Shown: positions 49,151 to 59,204 of the stretch, in pieces
How positions within the stretch are numbered: the first letter of the stretch is position 1
Layout of the letters: the number at the start of each line of letters is the position of its first letter
Source of the DNA: a virus
Lineage: Duplodnaviria; Heunggongvirae; Uroviricota; Caudoviricetes
IMG/VR virus record: IMGVR_UViG_3300015615_001076
Coordinates: 26,742 to 90,741 of that record
Direction: 5' to 3' (one strand)
DNA length: 64,000 nucleotides
Program-made: the position numbers and the translations under genes
Notes under the pieces: model-generated
The model's database searches: none
What the model was told of the DNA's origin: nothing
Seen by the model: only the letters and a program-made list of their open reading frames with translations

Positions 49151-49410
49151 GGCTGCTCCTTCTGCTGTGTCAACTCAACCCACACATCCTCTTGCCATAT
49201 CGTGTAGATGCCGGCATCGAGAGTAATAATGGTTTGTGCTCGCTGGAGTAGGGAGCGCAATCGTGTTTCTGTCTGCGTCGCCGTCGCCAGTTGTGCCTGG
49301 AGCTGTTGGATCTCCTGTCTATGCGCGTCCTTCATCAGATTTATCGCAGTATGCAACTCTGGTTCGGCGGGTTTGCCTGAAGGAGTTGAGGTATTTAAAT
49401 ATGGCAACAC
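49147..49410 (-). CDS. coiled-coil hypothetical protein
   Basis: 87-aa ORF. Confidence 0.3.
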   Translation of the reverse strand: MLPYLNTSTPSGKPAEPELHTAINLMKDAHRQEIQQLQAQLATATQTETRLRSLLQRAQTIITLDAGIYTIWQEDVWVELTQQKEQP

Positions 49411-49517
49411 TTCTTCAGCCGCCGCTTCTCATATTGCCTGGAGCCGCGCAATCTCGGCGCGTTGCTCGGCGTTTTCACGCAATGCGGCAATATGCGCATC
49501 CTGCAATTGTTCGTGGG

Positions 49518-49736
49518 TCATCGCGTCCCCTTTTCACAGTATCCATATTTCACCAGTTTCTTAAGTCCTAGCGATTTCAGTATCGATGGGCCTAGATCCC
49601 GACAACCTGCTAGGACATCTGATACATAAGATGGAGACAGCTTGTGCTTTGTGGCCCATTGATACTGTGATCCAGCTTCCTCGCACGCTTGCTTGAGCAT
49701 GACCAGAACGTCACTGTGGTCTAAATCCACTTTCAT
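49518..49736 (-). CDS. YdaS/Cro-like HTH protein (paralog of 38922..39119)
   Basis: 'AGSQYQWATKHKLSPSYVSDVLAGCR'. Confidence 0.55.
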   Translation of the reverse strand: MKVDLDHSDVLVMLKQACEEAGSQYQWATKHKLSPSYVSDVLAGCRDLGPSILKSLGLKKLVKYGYCEKGTR

Positions 49737-50266
49737 CTCTCCACCTCCCCCAGCTGCACATCCCATGTCTGCTTCACGCCTTGCAGCTTCCTCAGCGCAA
49801 ACGCCTGCTCTTTGTTGCGCTGTTCCTGCCGTGCAAATCGCGCCTCTTGGTCTCGCTTGAACTGGGCAAATTCTCGTTCCACGGCCAGGGGTGGAGCAGC
49901 ATCGCGAGCTTGCTGGGTGCCGGAGGTAAGAGCTGGAGGCATCTTACCTCTCGCGCCGTCCTGCTCCACCGTGACCGTTGGCTTTGATTCATACTGCCAG
50001 ACCATCCCGACCGCGCCGGTACAGAGGCCGAAGAGGTACCAGCCAAGGGCCGCTGCAAAGAGCCGGATTGAAAACTGAGAGACGTGCTGCTCAACGTGCG
50101 TGTTCATATTATGATTTCCTCCCATCCATGGCCCTTGCGCTTCACGATTTTCCACGCAAAGCAGGGGAATTTCTCTCTCGCTATTTTGTATCTCGTGATT
50201 CCGTCTCTGAGGTTGAGCGACCTGCCCTTCACCTCGATCATGGTCAACGTGCCGTCGTTCTGCCAC
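49733..50266 (-). CDS. putative membrane protein
   Basis: Hydrophobic helix FSIRLFAAALGWYLFGLCTGAVGMVW. The N-terminus is uncertain. Confidence 0.3.
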   Translation of the reverse strand: MAERRHVDHDRGEGQVAQPQRRNHEIQNSEREIPLLCVENREAQGPWMGGNHNMNTHVEQHVSQFSIRLFAAALGWYLFGLCTGAVGMVWQYESKPTVTVEQDGARGKMPPALTSGTQQARDAAPPLAVEREFAQFKRDQEARFARQEQRNKEQAFALRKLQGVKQTWDVQLGEVER

Positions 50267-50682
50267 ACGAGAAAGTCAACTCGGTGACGAAGCCCTCGAT
50301 CTTTCGTGGCCTTATTAGGCGGCACGAGCCATATCGAGAAGGCTTCATACCACCACCACTTGATATTCCCCGCGTGTTTCTCCATCGCGAGGAATTGCGC
50401 GTAGGCGTAATTCCACTTGTCGGCCTGCTTCGGCCAGCCGGGAAGAGGTGAGGGGGATGGATTCGATCCATCACTCTTCTTTGTGGGCATCCCTTGGCCG
50501 CCCCCCACCCGTTCATCCGGTATCTCCACCGATCTGCCGCCGGTTCGCACTCTCATGCAAACGCCTTTCTCGTCGCTTGCGTGGTCCGCTCGTAGCTTCT
50601 TCCGTTCATTGGCCATCCGCCTCTCCCGCGATGGCGCACAGACACCACACAAACACCACAAACAGGACATAGAGCACACCAC
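50104..50682 (-). CDS. DUF1064-like PD-(D/E)xK nuclease
   Basis: 'RVDFLVWQNDGTLTMIEVKG' fits the D...E-V-K catalytic signature of the phage DUF1064 family. The start is uncertain. Confidence 0.5.
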   Translation of the reverse strand: MVCSMSCLWCLCGVCAPSRERRMANERKKLRADHASDEKGVCMRVRTGGRSVEIPDERVGGGQGMPTKKSDGSNPSPSPLPGWPKQADKWNYAYAQFLAMEKHAGNIKWWWYEAFSIWLVPPNKATKDRGLRHRVDFLVWQNDGTLTMIEVKGRSLNLRDGITRYKIAREKFPCFAWKIVKRKGHGWEEIII

Positions 50683-50700
50683 CCAAGATCCACCACATGG

Positions 50701-51165
50701 TTACCTCCGATGCCGACGTGGACGGGCGGATCCACCCGTCGCGTTGTTGTGGTTGGTCACGTCATCCCCACTCAACGCCAGACCGGTCCCAATCGCCGCC
50801 CCAGCCGCCGCAAGGCCAACCGCGCCTTGAGTCTGGCTGGCAATCGACGGCCCCGGCGTCAGTTGTGGCGGCACGATGTCCTTGCAGTCGTAGAACCAGG
50901 ATTGCTCCGGATCGGCTTTTCGCAGCTCCGCCATGGCCTCACTCGTATGTTTGTGATCGCACTGCTTGACGGCCCCGGCCTGCATCTGATTCAGCGTGAC
51001 GCGACTGCCCGCTGGAATATCCTCAACGACCCGCCAGCCGTGTTCGGTTTTTAAACCTTGCTCTTGCGGCGAGACACAGCCCGTGAGCAGCAGCAGCGTC
51101 AGCACGTGCATACAACGTGCAACATGTACGTCGAATCTGTCCTGACGAACCCACCATGTTTTCAT
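50701..51165 (-). CDS. putative lipoprotein
   Basis: Lipobox LLLLTGC after a hydrophobic signal. Confidence 0.45.
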   Translation of the reverse strand: MKTWWVRQDRFDVHVARCMHVLTLLLLTGCVSPQEQGLKTEHGWRVVEDIPAGSRVTLNQMQAGAVKQCDHKHTSEAMAELRKADPEQSWFYDCKDIVPPQLTPGPSIASQTQGAVGLAAAGAAIGTGLALSGDDVTNHNNATGGSARPRRHRR

Positions 51166-51177
51166 CTGATCCTCCTC

Positions 51178-51750
51178 TTAGTTGCCCACCACACCGCCCG
51201 CTATGACTCGGGGTATGGCACCGATACATTCCACCGGCAATCCGGTTTTTCGTTTCCTTGCGCCACATCGACAATCTGCACAGAGATGGTGCTCCCGACC
51301 GAAGTAGACCGGGAAGGTGTTCCCACACGCACAAGTCCTCTCGTCGATGCCGCGACACCCGCGATACGTCGGCAACAGCCCCACTTCGACGCACAGCTCG
51401 CTCCACCGTTGTTTAATGCGACGATCCAACAGCACCTTCGGCGAAAACGAGCCTTCGAACTCGTACAGCGTCATGCTGAGGCGCCGGACACCTAAGCGCT
51501 CCGCGACGCACTTGATATCGTGCAACAGCATCTCTTTGGTGATCACCGAGCGAGTGGACCTCGGCGTCCGTCCAGCTTGTCGATCTCGCCAGTATTGCGC
51601 GATGATGGCCAGGTGCTCCGCACACATCGACATCGGCCTCCCGTCCGCTTTGCGCTTGGCAGGCTTCGTACAGCGTTGACAGAGACCGTTCATTTTTTGC
51701 TGGGCAACCCATCGCTGTGATCGCAGCGTGACAACGTTCGACTCATGCAT
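51178..51750 (-). CDS. Cys-rich zinc-finger protein
   Basis: 190 aa with several CxxC pairs. Confidence 0.35.
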   Translation of the reverse strand: MHESNVVTLRSQRWVAQQKMNGLCQRCTKPAKRKADGRPMSMCAEHLAIIAQYWRDRQAGRTPRSTRSVITKEMLLHDIKCVAERLGVRRLSMTLYEFEGSFSPKVLLDRRIKQRWSELCVEVGLLPTYRGCRGIDERTCACGNTFPVYFGREHHLCADCRCGARKRKTGLPVECIGAIPRVIAGGVVGN

Positions 51751-52021
51751 GACGCGCCTCTACCTGTAGACGCTGATCCTGCATCAGAATGAAACCGGTA
51801 TTGTGCGACCAACACGCCCGGCACGACCGGACATGAATCGGCAGGCAGGCCCGGTGAATATCCTGTCCGCACCATCCCACACCCCAGCCTCCTTCCCCGC
51901 TCGGATTGAACCGCTGAATGTTGGCCATGACGTCAATCGGCTGTCGGCATTGCTGGCAGTCCATGCGTGATCCCTTCCAGTAACTTGATCGCTTCAGTGG
52001 TAGGTGCAGGCAGTTCTGCAC
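51743..52021 (-). CDS. small zinc-finger protein
   Basis: CQQC...C..C. Confidence 0.3.
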   Translation of the reverse strand: MQNCLHLPLKRSSYWKGSRMDCQQCRQPIDVMANIQRFNPSGEGGWGVGWCGQDIHRACLPIHVRSCRACWSHNTGFILMQDQRLQVEARHA

Positions 52022-52520
52022 AGATGCGCTGTCCTTCTTCGTAGGTCAATCGTCCCGCTTGTACCGCTGCCTCAATCGCAGATTGACGTTGATGCTTGTC
52101 GTATCCAAGACTGACTGACCATCTGACTAATGCGCCTGCCGCTCGTGCCTCACCGATCAAGGCTTGATATTTTTCTTTAAAAGCCATTCTGGCGGCGATA
52201 GGATCGTCACCAAGCGGAGCGACCACGCTATAAGCTTCTCGCATTTCATCAGTCCACACGATCGTGGCCCACTCGTTCCGCATCGCCACTTGCATCATCG
52301 CCCACGCTTCCTCAACGCCAGGATGGTTGCCTGGAAGGCGATCGATGATGTCCGCCAACGTGATTCGCTTCAGCTCTCGACGACACCGAGTCAGCGCCGT
52401 CATCACCGCACCAGGTTCGTAGAGCGATAAATCCGAGACGACCATGACGAGCTCAGTGTCCGTCATCGATTGACCGATCACCGCATAAGTCCCTTTCACC
52501 GCTTCTGTCAGTGTCATCAC
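51933..52520 (-). CDS. hypothetical replication-associated protein
   Basis: The position beside the YdaU-like gene suggests a role in replication. No motif. Confidence 0.3.
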   Translation of the reverse strand: MMTLTEAVKGTYAVIGQSMTDTELVMVVSDLSLYEPGAVMTALTRCRRELKRITLADIIDRLPGNHPGVEEAWAMMQVAMRNEWATIVWTDEMREAYSVVAPLGDDPIAARMAFKEKYQALIGEARAAGALVRWSVSLGYDKHQRQSAIEAAVQAGRLTYEEGQRICAELPAPTTEAIKLLEGITHGLPAMPTAD

Positions 52521-53380
52521 AACCCCTTCGCCAACATGGCATCGACTCGCTTGATTTGTTCTCTCGCATCGTCTTTCATTTCGGCTTGTTTCACTTCGCT
52601 ACTCGTCACTTTGTTCCCTGTCAGCCATTGCGTACGCAGTCCCTCGCAATCTCGAACCAGGAGGTCAGGAGGATGTCGAGCACGCACGTACAGCGGCCAG
52701 TTATGCGAGAGATAAAATTCAGCGACCGATGGGGCTTCGGTAGACCCAACACGGTCGACGAGCTGACACAGCAAGGAGTTTGTCTTCTGATTTCGAGCCG
52801 GCTCTACCCCGTATCGTCCGCGATAGGCCGAAGCGTACGCCTCCCAGGTGTGCGCACTCTTCGCTGGGGCGACGGGAGTCTCGCCCCCGTCGCACCTCTT
52901 ACTCTTCTTCTTAGGAGAGGAAGGGTTAGGAGAGGAAGGGTTAGGTATTGTCTCTTTCCGCTCGCTTTCTACTCGCTTAGGTGTCGCTTTCTGCTTGGCG
53001 TATTTTCCGTGTCCTTTCCCATACTTATAACCATGCTTCGACCAGATCTCTTTCAGTCGTGGGATATTTCCAGAGGAATATTTTTTAATCAAATACGGAC
53101 CAACATAATCAATCCAATCATGCACTAAGTGACCATCAAGCCATTCCCGCTCTCTCAAGCGAGAGACAAATTCCGACGCGTCTCCATCCCATTCAGCCGC
53201 CTGAGCAATGAGAGCATCAGACCATCGAGACAAATCTCCATCCTCTTGCTGTTCTAAGGCGGTATGCCAGAGCGCATGGAGATGCCCCATCATGTGGGCC
53301 TTTTTCATCTTGAAATCAAAGGCCAGCTCGATCAGTTTTCGATGCCGTCCTAAGACGGTATGACTCTCAATCCAGGCCAC
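52517..53380 (-). CDS. YdaU/DUF1376-like replication protein with Lys-rich C-terminus
   Basis: The N-terminal 120 aa resemble the DUF1376 family found in Rac-type prophages. Low certainty. Confidence 0.35.
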   Translation of the reverse strand: MAWIESHTVLGRHRKLIELAFDFKMKKAHMMGHLHALWHTALEQQEDGDLSRWSDALIAQAAEWDGDASEFVSRLREREWLDGHLVHDWIDYVGPYLIKKYSSGNIPRLKEIWSKHGYKYGKGHGKYAKQKATPKRVESERKETIPNPSSPNPSSPKKKSKRCDGGETPVAPAKSAHTWEAYASAYRGRYGVEPARNQKTNSLLCQLVDRVGSTEAPSVAEFYLSHNWPLYVRARHPPDLLVRDCEGLRTQWLTGNKVTSSEVKQAEMKDDAREQIKRVDAMLAKGL

Positions 53381-53424
53381 TGCGTTCTCCTCGCTCGCTG
53401 TTCATGTGCTGATGACACCATGCG

Positions 53425-53763
53425 TCAACCGCCTTCATTCAAGTTCCCAATCCATCGAAAGATCTTGATCTCACGAGCATGAGACGACGGCAGCGCCGAC
53501 TTCTTATGTCCAATCACTTCCCACCCTTTCCCGATCCACACCGCGCCCCAGGCGTTGACATGGGTCGGCGTCAGCCCTAACCGATCCGCTTCGAGACGCA
53601 GATCATCGGACGTCACCATGCCGCGTTCCTCCGAAATCCTCATCGCCACCGTGCGCATGGTTCGCACAAACACCTGATTGTTCTCTTCCACGGCCGCTTG
53701 CCCGTCGGTCTTGCGCAGGTCACCATCAAAGAGCGGGAGAGGGGCCGCATGCGCCTCAGACAT
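53425..53763 (-). CDS. hypothetical protein
   Basis: ORF. Confidence 0.3.
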   Translation of the reverse strand: MSEAHAAPLPLFDGDLRKTDGQAAVEENNQVFVRTMRTVAMRISEERGMVTSDDLRLEADRLGLTPTHVNAWGAVWIGKGWEVIGHKKSALPSSHAREIKIFRWIGNLNEGG

Positions 53764-54034
53764 TGATCCGCTCCGCTCTCACCCACAGATGTCGCACCAG
53801 CACATCCACCGGTCGTTCAGCGGTCGTGATCGACGACGCCAGGAAGAGCGTCCAGGCCATCCGCTGGTGCAAGTCAGGCACCTGAGAGAGCAGAGAGGCC
53901 GCTGCTTCGATCCAGGCCCACGGCGCGTCGTGCACGCTCGTGGACGATGTCTTCAGATCCTCATAGAGCCAATACAGACAATCCCCCGACGTGATCCGGT
54001 ATGTCTCAGCGGCCTCGGTCATCGGTCTCTCCAT
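53756..54034 (-). CDS. hypothetical protein
   Basis: ORF. Confidence 0.3.
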   Translation of the reverse strand: MERPMTEAAETYRITSGDCLYWLYEDLKTSSTSVHDAPWAWIEAAASLLSQVPDLHQRMAWTLFLASSITTAERPVDVLVRHLWVRAERINV

Positions 54035-54098
54035 CGGTCAACTCGGAATGCCCCGAGTCCAGCAAGCGGGCAAATGTTTTTCAGATTGAGCAACCCCC

Positions 54099-56405
54099 TC
54101 ACGCAAACACCTGCACGTGCGACCCGTCCGCATCAGCCGTCACAAAGATCTGTGACGGAAACGTACTCTTCATCGCCTCCACGTGAGTAATCACGATCAC
54201 GACCTTGAACTCCGAACCCAGAGCGGAGAGGCACTCGCGAAGTTGGGTGAGGCCGTCTTGGTCGAGGCTACCCAATCCTTCATCGATCACCAACGTTTCC
54301 ACCTTCGCACCCGCACGATTCGCCAGCAGCTTGCTGAGTCCAACCCGAATGGCCAGGTCCAGGCGGAATTTCTCCCCGCCAGAAAAGATCTCGTAGCGCC
54401 GCTCCCCTTTGGCATCACTCGCAATGATGTCCAGCGTCTCCGCTAGGCCATCCCGGCTCACCAGCGTTTTCTGAGTTTCGATGCGCACCCGCAGTCCCGT
54501 CGAGGAGATCGTACTGAGGATCTGGTTCACTTCCCGCTCAAGCACCGGCAGAGACGATTCCATGACCAACACCGGAATTAGGGCATAGGCCTCGGCAAGA
54601 GCCTTGTAGTGCCTAAGATCGCGTTCGATGTCCTGGACCAAGACCGTGAGGTGTGCTGCCTCTGGATGAGCCAATTCCGCCCGTGAGAGCTTTTCTTGAA
54701 CCAGCCCTTGTTCGATAAGCTTGGCATTGACCTGTTGGCGAAGTGCCTGCTCTGTGGTGTCCAGGCCTGGCAATTCAGCCGCGAGCTGGTGAATCGTCAG
54801 GGCCAAAGACTCCGCGCTCCGGAGTCGGTCTTGAATCGTCGTCAGTTCAGCCTGCAGTCGATCCCGTTCATACTGCTTCGTTTCCAGATCCGCATCGAGG
54901 CCTGGTAACAGTTGTTCAGCCAGTTCCACCGACGACAGCCGCGCTGCCATCTGTTTCGAGTGAGTCAGGACCGTCTGAAGTCGCGCCTGTTCGCGGCGAC
55001 ACTCGTCTCGCTGTGTGTTCAGTGTGGTGCGCAGCGTCACCATGTCCTGGTACGCGGACTGATCGATGGACGCCGTCCGCGCCAAACGGTCATCGTCGAG
55101 CTGGTTGACGGCTTGGAGGAGATCGCCGGCCATGCACATGGCAATCGCTCCACCGTCGCGTGGTCGTTCGGCGAGTGCCGCCACGTTGGCCGGCAGAGCC
55201 TGTTGAATCTTGGCGGCATTTAAGGTGAACTGACAGCGCTGCTGCAGATCAGGTCCACACGGCACCTTGTCCAACAGCTGCACGGCCTGTTGATCGCGCT
55301 CGATATCCTTCGTGAGGCGGGTGGTGTCGGACTGATATTGCTGGACCAGGAGATCCAGCTTCCCCTTCGCAGTCTGATAGCGCACCTGGATGTCCTGCAC
55401 CGCCTGTCGGTCGGCATCCACAGCCGCAATCTTCTCCGCCAAGGTGGTCAGTTGCGGTTCGAGGTCTGTGCGAATCTGTTGGTCGATGTCCTGCCAACGT
55501 CGTTCCACCTTCTCGGTTTCCTCGAAGGCAGATCGAATCTCTGGCGCCTCGGCCAAGACTGTTTCGTGCGCCGTCCTGGACTGTGTCAGCTGAGCGATGC
55601 GGCGATCGATCTCCTGCACCTGCTGCTGGACCTCCGACACACGGAGCCGATCGGTCTCCGCGTGCGCCAGCTGCGCGTCGAGCGTGGCTTTCCGAGCCAT
55701 CAGATCATGGCGCCGGGTGGTCAGCGTTGAAAGATCAGACTCAAAGGCCGCAACGCACTGTTGAATCGACGCCAGGTGCTGTTGCAAGTCAGGAATGGTC
55801 GCAACCAAGGCTGTGGCGACATCCCGATCACGCACAGCAGTCTCGCACTGTGCAGCGAGGCGATTGGTCTCCGCGTTGGCTCGTGTTTTGAGTGCCGCAT
55901 ACCGGTCGAGCCGAAGGATAGAGGCCAGAATGGCTTTCCGCTCCGTCGGACGGGCTTTGGAAAAGGCGTCCGCTTGACCTTGCAAGAGAAACGCGGTCTT
56001 GGTGAGTAGGTCGTAATCGAGGCCCAACAGCCGTTCGATTTGCTCCTGCGTCTCAGCAATCGAAGCCCCTGAAATCGGCACCCACTCATCACCGTCTTTG
56101 ACGTGCAACGCGAGTTCGCTCTTGCCGGCCTTCGTCCGCTTTGATCGTTTGCGAATGACGTGATAGGTCTGACTGTCTTGCGTCCAGACCACTTGGACCG
56201 ACATTTCCTGTTCACCTGGCTTCATCATTTCGTCGGTCTTGCCACGGCACTGTTCGAAAAAAGCCCAGAGAGGAGCATCGACCAAGCCGGTACTTTTGCC
56301 GGTGCCGTTTTGTCCGATGACCGTGCAGGCGGCAATGTTGGAGAGGTCGATGGTCTCGTCGCCGTAATATCCGAAATTCGAGAGGATAATTTTCAGGAGT
56401 CTCAT
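54099..56405 (-). CDS. sbcC: SbcC/Rad50-like ATPase with long coiled coil
   Basis: Walker A GQNGTGKST, ABC signature FSGGEKF, Walker B/D-loop LVIDEGLGSLD. The central region is rich in coiled-coil QLxxL repeats. Confidence 0.8.
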   Translation of the reverse strand: MRLLKIILSNFGYYGDETIDLSNIAACTVIGQNGTGKSTGLVDAPLWAFFEQCRGKTDEMMKPGEQEMSVQVVWTQDSQTYHVIRKRSKRTKAGKSELALHVKDGDEWVPISGASIAETQEQIERLLGLDYDLLTKTAFLLQGQADAFSKARPTERKAILASILRLDRYAALKTRANAETNRLAAQCETAVRDRDVATALVATIPDLQQHLASIQQCVAAFESDLSTLTTRRHDLMARKATLDAQLAHAETDRLRVSEVQQQVQEIDRRIAQLTQSRTAHETVLAEAPEIRSAFEETEKVERRWQDIDQQIRTDLEPQLTTLAEKIAAVDADRQAVQDIQVRYQTAKGKLDLLVQQYQSDTTRLTKDIERDQQAVQLLDKVPCGPDLQQRCQFTLNAAKIQQALPANVAALAERPRDGGAIAMCMAGDLLQAVNQLDDDRLARTASIDQSAYQDMVTLRTTLNTQRDECRREQARLQTVLTHSKQMAARLSSVELAEQLLPGLDADLETKQYERDRLQAELTTIQDRLRSAESLALTIHQLAAELPGLDTTEQALRQQVNAKLIEQGLVQEKLSRAELAHPEAAHLTVLVQDIERDLRHYKALAEAYALIPVLVMESSLPVLEREVNQILSTISSTGLRVRIETQKTLVSRDGLAETLDIIASDAKGERRYEIFSGGEKFRLDLAIRVGLSKLLANRAGAKVETLVIDEGLGSLDQDGLTQLRECLSALGSEFKVVIVITHVEAMKSTFPSQIFVTADADGSHVQVFA

Positions 56406-57580
56406 TGGGCCTCCTGCGCCACCAGACCGTGATGTTTCTCCACCACCGCTGACATTTCGGCGTCGTCCACTTTGCCAGCCAGCGCTCTCCTCACCGCCTC
56501 ATCGTCGTTCATCACCTTGGCCATCTCGGCATCTCGCATCCGCTCCGGCGTCACGATTTCCACGTCTTCTTTGAAGTAGATGCCTGGATGCTGTTTCCAG
56601 GCTCGCAGGTAATCCTGGATGGCGTCGTATTCCTCGGGCGTCAGACGATCCTTGAACCGAACGACCGTGCCATTGGCCGGCCAGGGCTGCATTTCCCTGG
56701 CGATGGCTCGCGCTTTGTCGATGGTCAGATAGGGACGCGCATGCGGGTTCTCGTGAAACTCGACGCGAGGGGGAATCCCCGTTTCCAGGTCGACGATCAG
56801 AAACCCTTTACGCTCCCGTTCTTCGCCAAATCCGTTCCGCATCAGGGAGCCGGAATACCAAACATGCTTTTTCGGCGTAAGCGCTTGGGACTGATGAATG
56901 TGCCCGAGGGCCGTGTAGTCGAATTCAGCCAATAGATCGAGTGGCAACAAGATATCGTGTTCTAACGAGCGAGGTTGGTCGCCCACCAGCACATTGGCGA
57001 CTGATCCATGCGCGACCAGCACATGAGCATGGTCCGGCTTAAACTGACGAAGAAAGTCCCGGACGATCGCCCGTAATCCATGATTAACCAGAAGCGTAAT
57101 GTTTTCCGGTGACTTGTTGGCATGGTCCTGATTCGCCAGGAGCAGAGCTTTCGTGGGATACGGCAAGAGGAAGAGTTGCAGCGGATCAGGATGTCTCAGC
57201 GTCACAAGGCCTGGCGTCTCGCTGATGGTGACATGCGGCATGCACTTCACTGTTTCAAGCGCGGTCGCTTCATTCGGATTCGGCGACATGTCATGGTTTC
57301 CCGGAATGACATAGACCGGCATAACCTGCGCGAGCTGATACAACCATTCCTTGATGACCCGCACTTCGTTCATGTCCGGTTTCGACGTGTCGAATACATC
57401 GCCAGAGATCACCGCAACATGGCACCCTTCGCTGATGGCAACCGCAGAGACATGCGCCAAGCTTTTCTGCATATCCGTGAGCGTGAGTGAATGCCCCGTC
57501 TCAGGGTCAATGACGAGTTTGCCTGCCAAGCTTCCGTCTGAGTGAGGATGCAAATCCGACACGTGGAGGAGCTTGGTCAT
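56402..57580 (-). CDS. sbcD: SbcD/Mre11-like metallophosphoesterase nuclease
   Basis: DLH, GDVFD, GNHD and HGSV motifs of calcineurin-like phosphoesterases. ATGA overlap with sbcC. Confidence 0.8.
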   Translation of the reverse strand: MTKLLHVSDLHPHSDGSLAGKLVIDPETGHSLTLTDMQKSLAHVSAVAISEGCHVAVISGDVFDTSKPDMNEVRVIKEWLYQLAQVMPVYVIPGNHDMSPNPNEATALETVKCMPHVTISETPGLVTLRHPDPLQLFLLPYPTKALLLANQDHANKSPENITLLVNHGLRAIVRDFLRQFKPDHAHVLVAHGSVANVLVGDQPRSLEHDILLPLDLLAEFDYTALGHIHQSQALTPKKHVWYSGSLMRNGFGEERERKGFLIVDLETGIPPRVEFHENPHARPYLTIDKARAIAREMQPWPANGTVVRFKDRLTPEEYDAIQDYLRAWKQHPGIYFKEDVEIVTPERMRDAEMAKVMNDDEAVRRALAGKVDDAEMSAVVEKHHGLVAQEAQ

Positions 57581-58746
57581 GCTGCCCCCACGTTCTGCAG
57601 CTTCTTTGCCTGCTCCTTATAGAAATTCAGTCGGGCGCGATCACTCCACCGAACAAGCCGTGACGCGGTATAGGCATTCGCCTTCGCCGGGTCGGTCCGC
57701 TTGACCAAGGCCTCTAATTCTCTCGCCTGCTCTTCGACGGAGAGGGCCTTAAAGTCGCACTCGAACACTTCCTCCTTGGTAAGCGGTGGAGGCGTGGGTA
57801 TCGGAGCGGATGGTTGCGGTTGCATGACGGGAGGAGCAGCCGTTGCCGGGGTTGTCGGTTGCGTAAGAGGCACTGGCGCCGGTGGCGGAAGCAGCGTCGC
57901 ACTGGGCGAATGGCCCACATGCGACACTGGGTCCGGCGAGGCCTGGTACTCAAGGGCCGGTGTCTCTCTGACGGGCAGCTGGAGCCGCCCGCTATAGAGC
58001 GTTTCGACCATCCCCAGGGCTTGCGCACGGATGAGCGCCGCATCTTCGGGATCGTTCATATCGAGACGCGCTTGGATCTTGAGCACCAAGAACGGTTGCG
58101 CCAACTCGTCGCTGGTGTAGGATTCGCGCACCCCAAGACTCTTCACCGCAATGCACTTGGCCCCGGTCGACGCTCGCGGCAAAAGATGCTTCTTCAGCTG
58201 CAAGATGTCGTGCCGCGCCTTCTCCTGCACCCATCCGTCGACCGCGTCCGGCGTGGGGAAGGACTGCCGAAACTCCGGACCGTCCTTGGAATCCTGTTGG
58301 TAGGAGACGGCCTTCTTCCGATATTTCTCCACCGATTCTTCACGGAACAGATCCACGCGGATTTCCTTCTCGCCGATGATCGTTTTCTTGGTCCCATCAG
58401 GCATCGGGCAATGGCCGATGGCTCGATAGTGGATGTAATCGGGATTGGACCCGTTATCGACCCGACCCGTCATGCCTGGCCGCACATCCCAATCGATGCC
58501 CAGCGCTTGCTCGATCCGACGCAACGGATTCCGGCCCAGGGCGAATTTGCCGCCAGCCAGCTTGTACACATCGTCTTTGAGGGGATTTGGATCGACCGGC
58601 ACCGGAATCAGCACCGGCACGTGTTTGGCGGGAATCTCTTGGATGACGAATGGGGTAATGAGATGGACACCCGCCTTCTGCAATTCCAGGAGACGACGAT
58701 TCAATTCCTGCATGGACGTAATCGGTTCGGTGACAAAATCAGTCAT
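57577..58746 (-). CDS. putative single-strand annealing / recombination protein with Pro-rich linker
   Basis: The position upstream of sbcCD is typical of a phage SSAP. No family motif confirmed. Confidence 0.35.
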   Translation of the reverse strand: MTDFVTEPITSMQELNRRLLELQKAGVHLITPFVIQEIPAKHVPVLIPVPVDPNPLKDDVYKLAGGKFALGRNPLRRIEQALGIDWDVRPGMTGRVDNGSNPDYIHYRAIGHCPMPDGTKKTIIGEKEIRVDLFREESVEKYRKKAVSYQQDSKDGPEFRQSFPTPDAVDGWVQEKARHDILQLKKHLLPRASTGAKCIAVKSLGVRESYTSDELAQPFLVLKIQARLDMNDPEDAALIRAQALGMVETLYSGRLQLPVRETPALEYQASPDPVSHVGHSPSATLLPPPAPVPLTQPTTPATAAPPVMQPQPSAPIPTPPPLTKEEVFECDFKALSVEEQARELEALVKRTDPAKANAYTASRLVRWSDRARLNFYKEQAKKLQNVGAA

Positions 58747-58762
58747 ACAGCACTCCTTTCGA

Positions 58763-59029
58763 CTAGCGGATGAGAACGCTCAGGGCCAGGAGGAAGAGAA
58801 AGGTCCCCACCAATATCCCCACGCCGATCAGGCCCAGCGTGAGGGCACGTTTGAACGTGAGGTCAATCGCGCCTTGGTAACAGTCGCCACACCACAGCTG
58901 GCCCTTCCGGTGAATCATCCACTGTCGCGAACACCCCTCACGATGGCAGGGTTGCACGGGCAGCTTACTGCCGGAGTCCTGCGTGACAACGCAGTTCGGG
59001 CGATAGCTATGAGAATGACTCGATTCCAT
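58763..59029 (-). CDS. small zinc-ribbon protein with C-terminal transmembrane anchor
   Basis: CHREGC...CGDC, then LTLGLIGVGILVGTFLFLLAL. Confidence 0.3.
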   Translation of the reverse strand: MESSHSHSYRPNCVVTQDSGSKLPVQPCHREGCSRQWMIHRKGQLWCGDCYQGAIDLTFKRALTLGLIGVGILVGTFLFLLALSVLIR

Positions 59030-59204
59030 GCTCTCCTCCTTGCAATAGGGCCATGATGGTCGGGCGATGAAACCGCCAGTCCCCGACCCGTCGCCCTGGC
59101 AACTGTCCAGCTTTGGCCAGCTTGCGGACTTCCCAGACCGAAATCCGCAGGTAGGCCGCCACGTCCTTCGTGGTCCAGACATCCATATCAACGGGTGCAC
59201 TCAT
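59007..59204 (-). CDS. excisionase/AlpA-like HTH protein
   Basis: 'DVAAYLRISVWEVRKLAKAGQLPGRRVGDWRF'. Confidence 0.5.
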   Translation of the reverse strand: MSAPVDMDVWTTKDVAAYLRISVWEVRKLAKAGQLPGRRVGDWRFHRPTIMALLQGGEHGIESFS

